Shown: piece after piece, positions 13,394 to 26,500 of the stretch
Numbering within the stretch: the first letter of the stretch is position 1
How the letters are laid out: each line of letters starts with the position of its first letter
Assembly (NCBI RefSeq): GCF_039654945.1
Contig: NW_027361758.1
Span: 1,116,001-1,180,000, forward strand
DNA: 64,000 nucleotides
Source of the DNA: Dendrobates tinctorius
Taxonomy: Eukaryota
Reading direction: 5' to 3'
The notes under the pieces: generated by a model
Databases searched by the model: none
What the model saw: only the letters and a program-made list of their open reading frames with translations
Told to the model about the DNA's origin: nothing
Program-made: the position numbers and the translations under genes

Positions 13394-13748
13394 GGGTGTG
13401 TGCACACGTTGCAGATTCTGCTGCGGATTTTTCCGCGCAGATTTGGATAAATCAGCAGGTCAAATTACCTGCGTTTTTAGTGCAGATTAGCCTGCGGTTT
13501 TCCCCTGTGTTTTGACACCTAGTAATGGAGCAGGTGTCAAAACGCTGCAGATTCTGCACAAAGTAGTGACATGCTGCGGATTTAAAACCGCAGCAAATCC
13601 GCGCTGAAAAATCTGCAGCATGTGCACTGCGTTTTTCATTTTGCATTGAATATAAAGGTACTGTACAATGCAGCAGAAACTGCTGCGGATCCGCAGGGCC
13701 AAATCCGCTGCGGATCCGCAGCAGAATCCGCAATGTGTGCACACACCC
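13394..13748. mobile_element. PIF/Harbinger-type MITE
   Basis: TIR GGGTGTGTGCACAC; same family as 48981-49323 in opposite orientation. Confidence 0.75.
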
Positions 13749-14554
13749 TTAGGCTTTGTGTCAAAACAGCATTGTTTATATCACTCCACAAATTCTCAAT
13801 CAGATTGAGGTCTGGGGATTGGGCTGGCCACTTCATGACATCAATCTTATTGGTCTGGAACCAGGATGTTGTCCGCTTCCTGGTGTGTTTGGGGTCTTTG
13901 TCCTGCTGAAACACCCGTTTAAGGGGAATTTCTTCTTTAACATAAGGAAACATGACCTCTTCCAGTATTTTGATATATTCAAACTGGTCTATCATGCTGG
14001 TATGCAATAAATGGGCCCAACTCCACAGTATGTGAAACATCCCCAAACCATTATGCTTGCACCTCCATGGTTTACAGCCTTCACAGTGTACGGTTGCTTG
14101 AATTCAGTGTTTATGGGTCGTCTCACAAACGGTCTGCGGCCTTTAAGCCCTATAAGAACAATCTTGCTGTAAATCTGTCAATAGACTGTTGTGTCACTTC
14201 TCTTTATGCCAGTCAATGTGTTCTTTGGCAAACTATAACCTTTTCAACATGTCTTTATTTTGTCAGCAATGGTACTTTGAGTTTTTCTTTTTTTGTTCTG
14301 CTACATCTGAACCATCGTGACTTTCTCACGTGGTTCGCTCGTGATCCCCGCTATGTAGTCACAATATGACCTTTCATATGCATCTACATGGCTGGTGCGC
14401 ATGCCCGAGTCCTGTTACATCAGGACCTTCCTGACGCGCTCACGTGGTCCGCACATGATCCCGGCTGCATAGCAGCGGTGGATTGCTTGTGTTCCAGGAA
14501 CACTGAAGCAAGTGTCCATGGTGATGTGACGGCACCCGCGCATGTGCCGTTTAA

Positions 14555-15077
14555 AGGGAATCTGTCCCCTGGTTTCGGCAGGTTATTTAAATGAGGTCTG
14601 TCCGGTCCGATGGGCGGTGTTTCCGATCTTTGCCGCCTCCCCATCCTTGGCTGCCGTCCGCAGTTTTTTCATGAAGAGGAGCAGGTGTCCACCATCTTTC
14701 GCGCGTGCGCCAAGGATTCTTGGCTTGTGCATGCGCAGTATGATTTGCCCAACTGCGGGCAAAGCCAAAAAGCCATACTGCGCATGCGCCGGTTAACTAG
14801 GTCCCGGAACACAGCAAAATACTTCCGGGGCTTAGTTAACCGGCGCATGCGCAGTAAGGTTTTTCAGCTTTGCCTGCAGTTGGGCAAAGCATACTGCGCA
14901 TGCGCGAGCCAAGAATGCTTTCCGCACGTGCGAAAGATGGCGGACACCTACTCCTATTCATGAAAAAACTGCTGACGGCGGCCAAGGATGGGGAGGCGGC
15001 AAAGATCGGAAACACCGCCCATCGGACCGGACAGACCTCATTTAAATAGCCCGCCAAAACCAGGTGACAGATTCCCT
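14555..15077. mobile_element. Kolobok/T2-type palindromic MITE
   Basis: TTAA|AGGGAATCTGTC ... GACAGATTCCCT|TTAA; the whole element is a near-palindrome. Confidence 0.88.
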
Positions 15078-15251
15078 TTAACAGCCAATGCCATGGCACA
15101 CCTCATCTATTGGCTTGTTAGGGAGTGCATGTAGTGTTCCATGTGCTACAATCACACCAACGTATGCGCCGCTTATCGGCTGACGTCACCGCACACTTAA
15201 CACCCCTATTGGTCAGTCTTCACTATTTAAATGGATATACATCTATTCTAA

Positions 15252-15296
15252 GCCACGCCTCCTGATGAAGAACTGCGAAACGCGCGTTGAGGCGGC
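15252..15296 (+). ncRNA. Minimal type I hammerhead ribozyme motif
   Basis: CGCCTC-CTGATGA-agaactgc-GAAAC-GCGC-GTT^GAGGCG: 6-bp stem I, intact core, palindromic stem III. Confidence 0.85.
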
Positions 15297-16159
15297 AGGC
15301 GGGGGTCCAATTTCATTACATGCAAGTTACCTTACCATAGTTTCATACACTTTACTTTCTGTGCAAATTTTTTGCCTTTTGAACATTTGGTGCTGCTTAT
15401 AAGTTGTCCAATTCAAATTGGAATGGTTGTGTATTGATATTCATTGTATATGGATTAGGGCATTTTTGAGGGCGTATAGCATTCTGCTATATGCACTCAA
15501 AAGCACCTTTTTTTGGTACAGTTTTTGTGCACTGTCACCTTATTTATTCAGCTATATGTATTAAAAAGGCACTCCTTTTTTGCCATTTATATAGTCGTCT
15601 TTTTGCACTGTCACTTTATTATGTACCATAGTTATTATTATACTACTAGGCTATTGGCACTTTAATTTATAGAGCATCTGCACTTTATTAAATACCCTCT
15701 TTTATGTCCATAAAAAAATTGATGCTTTTGATATTTTGTGAAATTGAATATAATTATTGTGATGAAATTCTCCCCTTTTACCTGCTTGGTTAGCGGTAGT
15801 CTTTGTAATAAATTTTTGCAATTTTGCTGAATAAAATTATATATGTGTAAAATAACTCTTGACCTCCGTTTTTCTGCCTAAATGTGGCATTGGTGGATGG
15901 TTTGTGTGTCTTCTGATGGTTGCAGGACTCACAGGTAACTGAAGATCTTCCTTAAACTCCCTGAAGCATACTGTTAGATGCCTCTTTGCCATTCTTGTGA
16001 TTACATGATCTATGTGGATGGTAATATTTCTTTTCCTACCATTTGTTTCAGGTTTTGCCATTTTAAAATCACTGGGAATATTTTTATAGCTGAGAATCCA
16101 ATTATTTTCTGCATCTCTTTATAGGATTTCCCCTCTCCAATCAACTTCTTGATCAAAAG

Positions 16160-16465
16160 TAGTGATGAGCGAGTATGCTTGGGTTTTCCTGAGCATGCTC
16201 GGGTGTCCTCCTAGTATTTTGGCGTGCTCGGAGATTTAGGTTGTGTCGACGCAGCTGCAAGATTTGTGGCTGCTGGACAGGCTGAATACATGTGAGGAAT
16301 GTCTGTTTGTTAGCCTGAATACATGTGGGGATTCCCAGTCTATTAGCCGTAAATCATACAGCTACTTCGAAAAAAAACTAAATCTCCGAGCACGCCAAAA
16401 TACTCGGGAGGTCACCCGAGCATGCTCAGGAAAACCTGAGAAACAAGTATACTCGCTCATCACTA
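16160..16465. mobile_element. hAT-type MITE
   Basis: TIR TAGTGATGAGCGAGTAT; 8-bp TSD ATCAAAAG. Confidence 0.92.
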
Positions 16466-16571
16466 ATCAAAAGTTCTTTCTCCTTTGGTACAATGTCTGG
16501 AAAGACCCATTTTACTCACTGAACAAGGGCTAAAACCAGCAGGTACAACATTTGCTGCCCTACTTCTTTAA

Positions 16572-17855
16572 CCCCTTAATGTCCAATGACGGACACAGTC
16601 CGTCATCAGACATTTCCCCTGCTTTGATGAGGGCTCCGGCGCTGAGCCCGAATCAAAGCCGGGACATGTCAGCTGCTATGAACAGCTGACATGTGCCCGC
16701 AATAGGCGCGAGCGGAATCGCCGTCCGCCCGCACCTATTAACTAGTTAAATCCCGCTGTCAAAACTGACAGCGGGCATTTAAATAGCATTTCCGGCCGCC
16801 GGGCCGGAAATGACGTCATCGCCAACCCCCGTCACATGATCGGGGGTCAGCGTCATGTTGCCTGGGCAACCAGAGGTCTCAGAGACCTGTATGGTTGTTC
16901 CAGGCTGATGGCTTTCAACGCCACCCAGTGGTCGGCGCTGAAAGCACAGCAGTAAATCTGCTACATATGGGCGATCTGCTCATCGCCCAAATGTAGCAGA
17001 GCCGATCGGGTTGCGCATGCTTCTAGCCTGCTATGGAGGCTATTGAAGCATGCCAAAAGTTAAAAAAAAAAAATGTTTAAAAATAAAAAAAAAATTTAAA
17101 AAAAACTAAAAGTTCAAATCACCCCCTTTCGCCCCAATCAAAATAAAACAGTAAAAAAAAAAAAATCCCACATACACATATTAGGTATCGCCGCGTTCAG
17201 AATCACCCGATCTATCAATAAAAAAAAACATTAACCCAATCGCTAAACGGCGTAGTGAGAAAAAAATTCAAAACGCCAGAATTACATTTTTTTGGTCACC
17301 AAGACATTGCATTAAAATGCAATAACGGGCGATCAAAAGATCGTATCTGCACAAAAGTGGTATTATTAAAAACGTCAGCCCGGCACGGAAAAAATAAGCC
17401 CTCACCCGACCCCAGATCATGAAAAATGGAGACGCTACAGGTCTCGGAAAGTTGAGCAATTTTTTTATTTTTTTTTAGCAAATTTTGGAATCTTTTTTCA
17501 CCACTTAGATAAAAGAGGACCTAGACGTGTTTGGTGTCTATGAACTCGTAATGACCTGGAGAATCATAATGGCAGGTCAGATTTAGCATCTAGTGAACCT
17601 AGCAAAAAAGCCAAGCAAAAAACAAGTGTGGGAATGCACTTTTTTGGCAATTTCAAAGCACTTGGAATTTTGTTCCCGTTTTCGAGTACACGACATGGTA
17701 AAACCAATGGTGTCATTTAAAAGTACAACTCGTCCCACAAAAAATAAGCCCTGACATGGCCATATACATGGAAAAATAAAAAAGTTATGGCTCTGGAAAG
17801 AAGGGGAGGGAAAAATGAAAATGCAAAACCAAAAATACCTCTGGTCGTTAAGGGG
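16572..17855. mobile_element. Non-autonomous piggyBac-like element
   Basis: TTAA|CCCCTTAA ... TTAAGGGG|TTAA. Confidence 0.85.
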
Positions 17856-19225
17856 TTAAATAAGGACCAAAATGCACATGTTTCTTCACAGAATAAATGA
17901 CCTCACTAATTGAACCCCGCACTGCTATTAATTAGAACATCCCCTTTAATTAAGAGTCAATTACACATAATTAGCAGCGTGAATGTCATGACTGTTCATT
18001 CTGTTGGTTGCCCATTACTCGCCTACACCTAGTCTTGAACGTTTTCCCATGTTGCATGATTTCTACCAAAAACAGTAAAACACATTAGTGATGTCAGACA
18101 GCTACTATTTTTCACACATTTGTATTTATCAGCTCTGTGTTAACACAAAAATCTTATATCCCCATATTCCATCGTTCTTGAAACGTCCATGTCAAATCAG
18201 TATTGAAAAAAAACAAAAAAAAAAAAAACAAACCAGCAGCATTATTCCTTTCACAAACACTGGTAAAACACTGGTTCCTTATCATTCTAGATTGCTAAAA
18301 GTATAAAGTATACCCATTCTATTTTTCCTTATTGTAGGACGTGAACACATATACACACCCATGTAAACTACATAATAAGATCAGAAGAATAAAGTAATTA
18401 CTAGGGTTTTACTAACTCCTAGTTCGTACACATAGATCCTATGATATGGTATTACAATGTAGACAGCAGGCTTTGTAGCATTTTATGATGTGGTGAATAC
18501 CTAAGAAACCGACAAAAGAAACAGAACATGACAGCTCTCCTAACATGTTGGTTATTTAGCAAATACGTGTATTCCTCATAATATAAAACATCTTTAGAGA
18601 ACTGTACTCTGTGCCTTCCTCATCCTAGAAATGTATATAAATTGACAACTGGGTGTTACAAGTTGGAGGTGTCTCACCAAAATTAACAGTGTCCAATCAG
18701 AGAAAACAGATCGCATACATGCTGAGATGGGAAAGAGCAACCCCAAGTCGTAGGTATAGTCATACATTTCTAGGAGGAATAACAGAAATGGCACAGAGCA
18801 GAGTTAAAGACCCCTTTAAAAAAGTAGCCCCTAGAGCTGATCTCAGGATCTGCTGACCCCAAGATTCACTTTCAGGAGCTGAATTTTAAGTGTTCACATT
18901 CACTAAATGAACGTCCATCTGGTTTCATCCTAAACCACCCTCCTATTGTGTCATCTATGTCATCTCATAATTACTTCCTGAATTGTGCTGGTATCTGACC
19001 TATCTTGTGCTACAAAAACATAGAACATGGCACTAACCACATTTTGCTATATATTATGCTGAAAAGAGTTTGCATTCTCTTATTATAATCTTATATAATA
19101 AATTATAATATAATTTTATATACACGTGTGCGTGTAATATATATTTTGGGCCTCAGTCTAGAAGAATTTCAAGATTTTACAACCAAGATATACGGTATAG
19201 AACACTGATGGTCACAATCACTCAC

Positions 19226-19273
19226 CTTACCAATCTCATCTTTAAGCTTATATTGGTTGAGCTGAACACAATC
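19226..19273 (-). CDS. CAMKK2: CAMKK2 coding exon 2 (DCVQLNQYKLKDEIGK)
   Basis: 48 bp; polypyrimidine tract + AG acceptor; AAG|GTGAGT donor; in frame with the previous exon. Confidence 0.97.
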
Positions 19274-20411
19274 CTTTAAAAAAAACAAAAAAAAAACAAA
19301 ACTTATTATTACAACAAAAGGGATAGAAACAGTCACCAACTTATGATTGTATTTGTTTGTGACACCATTTAAAAAGGACTTCAGTGTTAGCCTAAGAAGC
19401 AAACCAAGCATCTCTTTCTATGTACCTAAGATCTGGAAATAGCAGAGTCCAAAGCCCTGCCTTCTATTGAACGCAGGTAAATCCGCATGTGTTCACTGAA
19501 CCATGTGGATTTACCACGGTCAATACATTCCTATTGATGAAATTTCTGTTGGGGAGATTAGCGTTTCCGCAAAAGAAATTGATATGCTGCGGTCTGGAAA
19601 GACGCGCAGCATGTCAGTTGCCGCAGGTGCACCTACACGCATAGTGGAGATGGGATTTCTAGAAATACCATCCACTATGCTGTAACATCTGGCCGCTGCG
19701 GGTTTGACGCTGCATAAATACGCAGCATCAAACCGCAGCAACTCCAGATCGTGGACACATACAGTTACCTAGTTTCTGCTTATTAAACCAGCTAAGGTAT
19801 TTTTATGTCTTTATTGCTGCAAAGTTATTTTAATTAATATTTATTAGTACTTTTCCTTTTCTTAACATTCACTATTCTCTAAGTATTGTGCAAAATTAAT
19901 TTTCAAATATGAGAGCACAACAGACATAAAATGAAGGCACAGTTGACATTGAAGTGTGGCTTATTAATAATCCATTTCACTGCACTCCAATCACTTTGGT
20001 TTGTTTCACCTTCTGCTTATTCAATTCCCACTCCGTAATTTTGTGAGAGTGTATTTGTACAATTGTGGTTTTCTTTTTCCCCTGTCTGTTTTGTTTGTGT
20101 TATTCCATATACTTCTGTCCATTCCTCCCTGGGTGGGGGAGGGAATAGATAAGCATTCATACAGGAGCATAGGTAGGTACAAGACCCCAGCATACCCACC
20201 ATCAGCGGTAATCTGGGGACAGGGATAGCCTGGGGTTCCTTTAACTTGTGGGACAGGGTAGAAGCCCATTTTCCCTGGAAATCCTACTGCAATAGCATGA
20301 CATTTATACACTGATTTTCAAAGTCATCAAGGTACAGCTCTGTCACATTGCTACTAGATCATATAAACTAGTCTTTCCCAAACTCCAGGCTTTGCGGCCC
20401 CCAGTAGTGAA

Positions 20412-20760
20412 AGGGAATCTGTCACCTCATTTTGGCGCGGTATTTAAATGACTTGGGTCCGGTCTGATGGGCGGTATTTCGGGTCCCTTCCTCCACCTCT
20501 TCTCTGGCCGCAGTATTTCAGGGAATCTCCGTACTTGACCTCCATATTATGTGTACGCATTGCAATCTGGACTCGCGCACGCACAGTATGCTTTGCCCAA
20601 CTGCGGGCAAAGCCGAAAAGCATTAGTGCGCATGTGCTGGTGAACTACAGTATGTCCCGAAACACAGCAAAATACATCCGGACCATAGTTCACCGGCGCA
20701 TGCGCACTAATGCTTTTTGGCTTTGCTTTGCTTAGCTTGGATGAGCAATCATGTTTCTTC
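20412..20760. mobile_element. Truncated Kolobok/T2-type MITE related to 14555-15077
   Basis: AGGGAATCTGTCACC start and shared GCCCAACTGCGGGCAAAGCC core; right end missing. Confidence 0.7.
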
Positions 20761-21069
20761 ATAAAGCGTGACATTGTGTGGCCTACTAACCAGAAAAAGT
20801 GATCATTATGCACTCAGGTAGTAGGAAGTTTGCAGGTCTCTGATCAGTCTGCCATAGTGTACCAACAAGACTGTTGAACCAAGGACATGTGAATCGTTTT
20901 GGTCAACTCTAATCCCACCAATATCGAAATGTTCAGCCAACAGTAAAGTGTACAGAAACCTTAACACACTTGAATTGGCTTGCTAGTCAAGATTTAAACA
21001 ACTCCATGAGCTTATGAACTGTCAAAGTTGTTAAATTCACAAAACTGTGAATTCGGCCAAAGTACGTAC

Positions 21070-21594
21070 CTGAAAACCTGTAATTGAAACCCGGTTGGAC
21101 TCAATTGTTGGCCTTCGTGGCAAACGAGGAGAAGACTGCGGTGACGTCACGGGAGAATACGGAAGAGATGGGTAAATATATTGTCCATTTACATCTGTGC
21201 TATCATTTGGAGACTGAGCAGTTGGAGAACGTTCTTGTAGTGAAAGTTTTCTATTGGTCATGTTGAGTTTGGCTCTCTGATCTTTATTATCTTTTACAAT
21301 CCCTTCCATACTATCTGTCAGTATAAATCCACTTTCAGTAAGTCTATGAAAATCAGGTAGTTCCCTGCAGTTCTCAGCAGGTTCTTCCACTTGCTTGCCA
21401 GTTTGTCCATTCTGCCCACAGTCCCTCTCAGAGATGCTGGATTCATATTCAGTGACCACAATTACAGATTCCATCCCTAGGTCTAAACTCAGCGCTGAGA
21501 AACTACAAACAATGCGAGGCTGACTTGATGTTTCATGGTCATCTTGCAGGATGGACCTCTCAGAAGAAGCCCTCTTGGACACGCATGATGACAT
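21070..21594 (-). CDS. CAMKK2: CaM-dependent protein kinase kinase 2, first coding exon (175 codons; exon begins at 21639 with 45 nt of 5'UTR)
   Basis: MSSCVS...LGMESVIVVTE...RKLSLQER...PSLPYSPVTSPQSSPRLPRRPTIESNRVSITGFQ matches the CAMKK2 N-terminus; acceptor TTTTTCGTTTCTAG before 21639, donor CAG|GTACGT after 21070, phase 0. Confidence 0.96.
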
Positions 21595-22078
21595 GGTTAC
21601 CACACGTCATGCAATCCTTTAATGTGATCCCATTGGAATCTAGAAACGAAAAAGAAAATGTAAAAAAAAACAAACGAAGAAAACAACGAGACAATGGTAA
21701 AAAGCTCAAGTTTAGCCATTATTAACATAGTGCTCGGGTATATCCCAAATATTTCAAAAGAGACCAATTACCTAAGTGTGTGTGAATTTGATGTTGTATT
21801 TGAAGAAAATTGCAAATTTCGGTCAACTGTGGAGATTCCTTCAAATTCAGACTGCAGTCCCCTGCTTGTGACATCCCACTAGTAACCACTAGTACTGAAC
21901 CAGTTGGCATGGCTCATACATCAAAAACACTGAGGGGGCGGGGTCTGCGTGCTGAAGATGGAGGGAATGTGATTCCAGAGCTCCAGTGACTCCAGACTTA
22001 CATCGGCTCATATCGGCATTCAACGGCTTCCTCGACCGCCGTGCAGTGCACCGCCGGCTTCCTAACACCCCCGGGCAC

Positions 22079-23051
22079 ATGATGACCCGTGGTAGAACAC
22101 AGAGAAAGGCTTCTCCTCCGCGCCTGCCTGACTTCTTTCTGAGGACTCAGACTGCACATGCAGCAGGGAAAATGGCAGCAGCTTCCCCTGCCACAGGATC
22201 ATCTCGTTCCTCCCACAGCTCCCGGGGCTCAGAGAGAGGTGAGACCTCAGCAGATACACATCACAGTAACTCTGCACCTATGACTAGGGGGGACATGAGG
22301 GATTTCCTGGCATCTATACGCACTTCTTTAAGGGAGGACATGCAGGACATGTTAAAGGAGATAAGAGAAGTTAACTCTTTAGGAGCACGTACAGACCACT
22401 TAGAAAACAAGATGTCTGAGTATGTTTCTGTTATCAACGCTCTTGTGGATGAAGAATCAAGCCATGAAAGGTAGATTGGCAGGGGCATTTGATAAAATAC
22501 ACAATCTGGAGGACAGCTCTAGAAGAAATAATCTTCGTATAAGAGGCATCCCAGAGACTATAGGAGATAAAGATCTGGCCCCCTTCCTCCAAAACTATAT
22601 GCAAGCTGTCCTGCCATCGCTCTCCCCAAGGGACCTGTTAGTTGACAGGGTCTACAGGACGCCCAAACCCAAGCACTTGGATTCGTCTCTCCCCAGGGAC
22701 ACTCTTGCAAGGATACACCTGTATACTACTAAAGAGACCTTTCTGAGACAAATAAGAAATCCTCCTGAGCTTCCTTCTGAGTTTCAGGCACTGCAAGTTT
22801 TCCCAGATCTGTCGGCTGCTACGCTGTCTAAGAGGCGGGAATATGCCCACGTCTGCAGAGCCTTAAGGGAGGTCTCCGTGAAATATCGGTGGGGTTTCAA
22901 TCCTGTGAGGCTTTTCATTACTCATGACGGAAGTACAGTCGTCTGTTCCTCTCCTAAGAAAGCGGAGAAGCTCACGAGCTGGAAGATCCTTTTTTCACCG
23001 AGACAAGCTGACACGGGTCGGAAGGTGGCTTCGGAGTGGTCTATGGCTTGA
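22079..23051 (+). pseudogene. L1 ORF1 (frameshift near 22445)
   Basis: coiled coil, LEDSSRRNNLRIRGIPE, VFPDLS, YRWGF. Confidence 0.9.
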
Positions 23052-23505
23052 CTGTACTGCATGGTATGTGTCTGGATAACTGGACTCTCCTGCTACGCTT
23101 CCTAGTGGGCCTTGGTTTGTGAACTTTTCACTTCCACCCCCCTCGTAGATCCATGATCTGCGGATCGTCCGAACTGTTTTGGATGTTTATACGAGTGGCT
23201 CTCATATATTTGACTATGTTATGGTTTCTTATCTTTTTCTTTTTTACTTTTCCTCTCTTTTTTTGTCTGTTCTCTTTATTTTCTTTTTGGCATCCTTTCG
23301 GGTCAATACTCTGGCCCGTCTGTAAGTATATCTGCTCCCATTTTTTCTTCCAGGATTTTTTCCTCCCAAATACCCAGGCATCTATGTGTTACAATGGACT
23401 CTCAGTGTATTTGTAGACGTGTTGGTTCTAACATGCTATATGTGACTATATTAAATGTGCAGCTCCATTCTGCCGGCAGCACTGTGAACTTCTCGTATCA
23501 GTATT

Positions 23506-26500
23506 ATGAGGATACAAATCTTATCCTTGAATGTTAGAGGCCTAAATTCCCCTGAAAAACGCTCTATGATGTGGAGGGAGGTGGGGAGGTCATGGGCGGA
23601 TGTTGTCTGCCTTCAAGAAACACATCTATTGGAAGCCGATAATTTCAGGCTTCGACACCCTCACTTCCCCCACATGTTTTTTGCTAATGGTCAGACCAAA
23701 AAGGCTGGTGTGTGCATTATGGTGAAACGTACAATAGCATTTCAATTGTTATCACAATATGCTGACTCCGTAGGTAGATGCTTGACAGTCACTTGCCTGC
23801 TAAATGGAGAGGTGCACACGTTGACAAATGTATATGCTCCCAATGAAGGCCAACACAAATTTTTGAGAACTACCTTTAAATGATATCTCTTTAAAAGCGA
23901 AGGGTAGCAATATCATATGTGGTGATTTCAATCTCCCCATGAATGCGGACCTTGACTGCTCTTCAGGAAGGAAGAGAACTAGGAGGGGTTTGAACCTCCC
24001 ATCCCTTGAATTTCACCTGCATGATTTTTGGAGATACTCACACGCATCGGAAAGAGATTATACTTTTTATTCTCCTAGGCACTCCACATACTCCCGTATC
24101 GACTATTTCTTAATAGAGAGTGCGACCCTAAGCAGGTGTCTAAATGCCACTATTGGCCTAATCGCCTGGTCTGACCACGCTCCTGTCTCTCTGACCCTTG
24201 CTCTTGCCCACCAGGCTGACCCTGCGTTCAGGTGGCGTCTTCATGACTCATTGCTGCTGAGGGGGGAGGTGGCTGATAAGGTTTCCTCGGAGCTGGAGGG
24301 CTACTTTCAAATAAACGATAATGGGGAGGTCTCTGATGAGACCCTTTGGTCTGCTCACAAAGTGGTGGTTAGGGGGGTTCTCCTATAACAAGCTTCATAT
24401 TTAAAGAAGAAAAGAGAAGCCAGTAGAGAGGCTCTGCTCTCCCATTTACATTATTTAGATGCTATTAATAAGGCTGCACATACGCCCTCCGTCTCTGAGA
24501 TCTCCCAAATTAGATTTAAATTAAGGGAAAATTTCCTATACAAATATGCAAACAATATGAGGAAACTTAAAACTAACTTATATGCTACCGGGGACAGAGC
24601 GGGAGCGCTTCTAGCTCGCAGAGTTCGTAAACGGGAGGTCATGTCACGAATTGACCACATATTGGATGAGCAAGGTAGAGCCCTTAGGAACCCACGGGAC
24701 ATAGTGCAAGCCTTTGCTCAATATTACACTGCCGTCTATAATTTAAAAGATGATGCCTCCACCCCTCAACCTGACCAAACATCTATTGATGCATACTTAG
24801 ATTCTGTTAATTTGCCATGCATTACCATTGACCAATTAAATTATTTAAGCGCCCCCTTCGAGGCTGCAGAAATTCAGCAGGCGATTAAACAGACTAAACT
24901 TCATAAAGCCCCAGGCCCGGATGGCTTAACGAATGATTATTATAGGACCTTTTCTCAGCAATTAACACCATATCTACAGCGTCTGTTCACACACTGGAGA
25001 GACGCTGGTACTGTGATGGCCCCTAATTTAGAGGCCACTATTTCCACTATACCAAAACCAGGGAAATCACTCACACATCTTGGAGCTTTCAGACCCATTG
25101 CTTTGTTAAATTCAGATGTCAAACTGTTTACTAAAATCATAGCATCTAGACTGAAACTAATTATACCGACTATAGTGTCACCAGATCAGGTGGGTTTTGT
25201 TGCAGGACAGGAGACGAAGGATGGCATACGACGTATGTTGAATTTGATTAAAATATCTGAGCTGTCTGGCCAACCCAGTGCATTCCTGTCACTTGATGCT
25301 GAAAAAGCTTTTGACAGGGTGCACTGGGGATATTTAAGAGCAGTCCTGAAGAAATTTGGACTGTCAGGCCCTATATTATCTGCAATCTGTGCCATGTACT
25401 CGACCCCCTGCGGCAGGGTTTTGACGTCTGGCTTCTTGTCCGGCCCGTTCCAGATCACGAACGGTACGAGACAGGGGTGCCCGCGCTCGCCTGTTATTTT
25501 TGCGCTGTGCATGGAGCCGCTTGCCGAGCACATTAGAATGTCGGCGGGCATTTCTGGGATTAGGGTTGGACAGGTGGAGCACAAAGTCGGTCTATACGCC
25601 GATGATGTCATTTTATCCTGTGTAAATTTAGAATCTTCGTTTTCTGCGATTATTTGCGAACTTGGGGAATTTAGCAAGGTCTCATACTATAAACTGAACC
25701 CCACAAAATCCCTGTTGTTTCCGGTGGCGGTTCCTTGTGTGGCAAAGACAAGGCTGGAGGCCATTTTTCCGTTTAAGTGGATGAGAGAAGGTATTCCATA
25801 TTTGGGCATTACACTGACGGGTTCTGAGCAGATTGTGGATAGGAACTTTACTAATTTGGAAATACAGCTTAAGAAACAATTGGAGCAGCTTCATGCTGTC
25901 CAGACCTCCTGGATTGCAAGGATTAATGCCTTTAAGATGATTGTCCTACCTAAAATATTGTACCTACTCCGGTGCATACCAATGATAATCCCTAAAAAAA
26001 GAATTCTAAGATTACAAACTATGGCATATAGTTAGTTATATTTGGTCATATAAAAAGTCTAGGATCTCCAGGGCCCTAATGTATTTCCCGTTTAAAAAAG
26101 GGGGACTGGGGGTACCTAACTTGTTAAAGTATCATAAAGCCGTTATAATGACGGGACTGAGAGACTGGTGGCAAGCGGACAGAGACCATAAATGGCTTCA
26201 AATAGAAAACGATTATGCTACCGCCAGGTCTACCCGATATATTTTGGAGGCTGAATCTATTAAAACTACTAAATATTCCCCACTTTTGCCAACTATGAAA
26301 GCTGCGCTACATCATTGGAGGACAGTGGTCCCATCTCTTATTAAATTATCACGCCACTCCATATCATTAAAGGCCCTTGAGATACATATTCCATACCTTA
26401 ATCTTCAGTCATGGGTTGCTGCCGGAATTGTGAGTCTGGGAGACCTGGTGGGGAGTGGTGGGTTAATCCCGTTTGACCAACTGGCTGCTGAGTTTCCGGC

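Larger units (their letters stand above)
14290..15880 (+). mobile_element. Penelope-like pseudo-LTR / retrozyme-like segment
   Basis: interrupts the Tc1; TATTTAAA, hammerhead motif, long AT-rich tail with AATAAA; boundaries approximate. Confidence 0.55.
13004..18122 (-). mobile_element. Old Tc1-like element fragmented by five nested insertions
   Basis: start MGLSRHCTKGERTLIKKLI at 16510; GRKR region 15890-16060; FQQDKDPKHT / WPAQSPDLNLIENLW at 13756-14046; degenerate TA|CA termini (ends approximate). Confidence 0.75.

Noticed and set aside
20040-20290. Possible old LTR fragment
   Set aside because: No termini or TSD could be defined
21037-21603. ORF-track boundaries for the CAMKK2 exon and the alternative call CAMKK1
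   Set aside because: The track starts at GTG and reads into the intron; MSSCVS and LGMESxIVVTE are CAMKK2-specific
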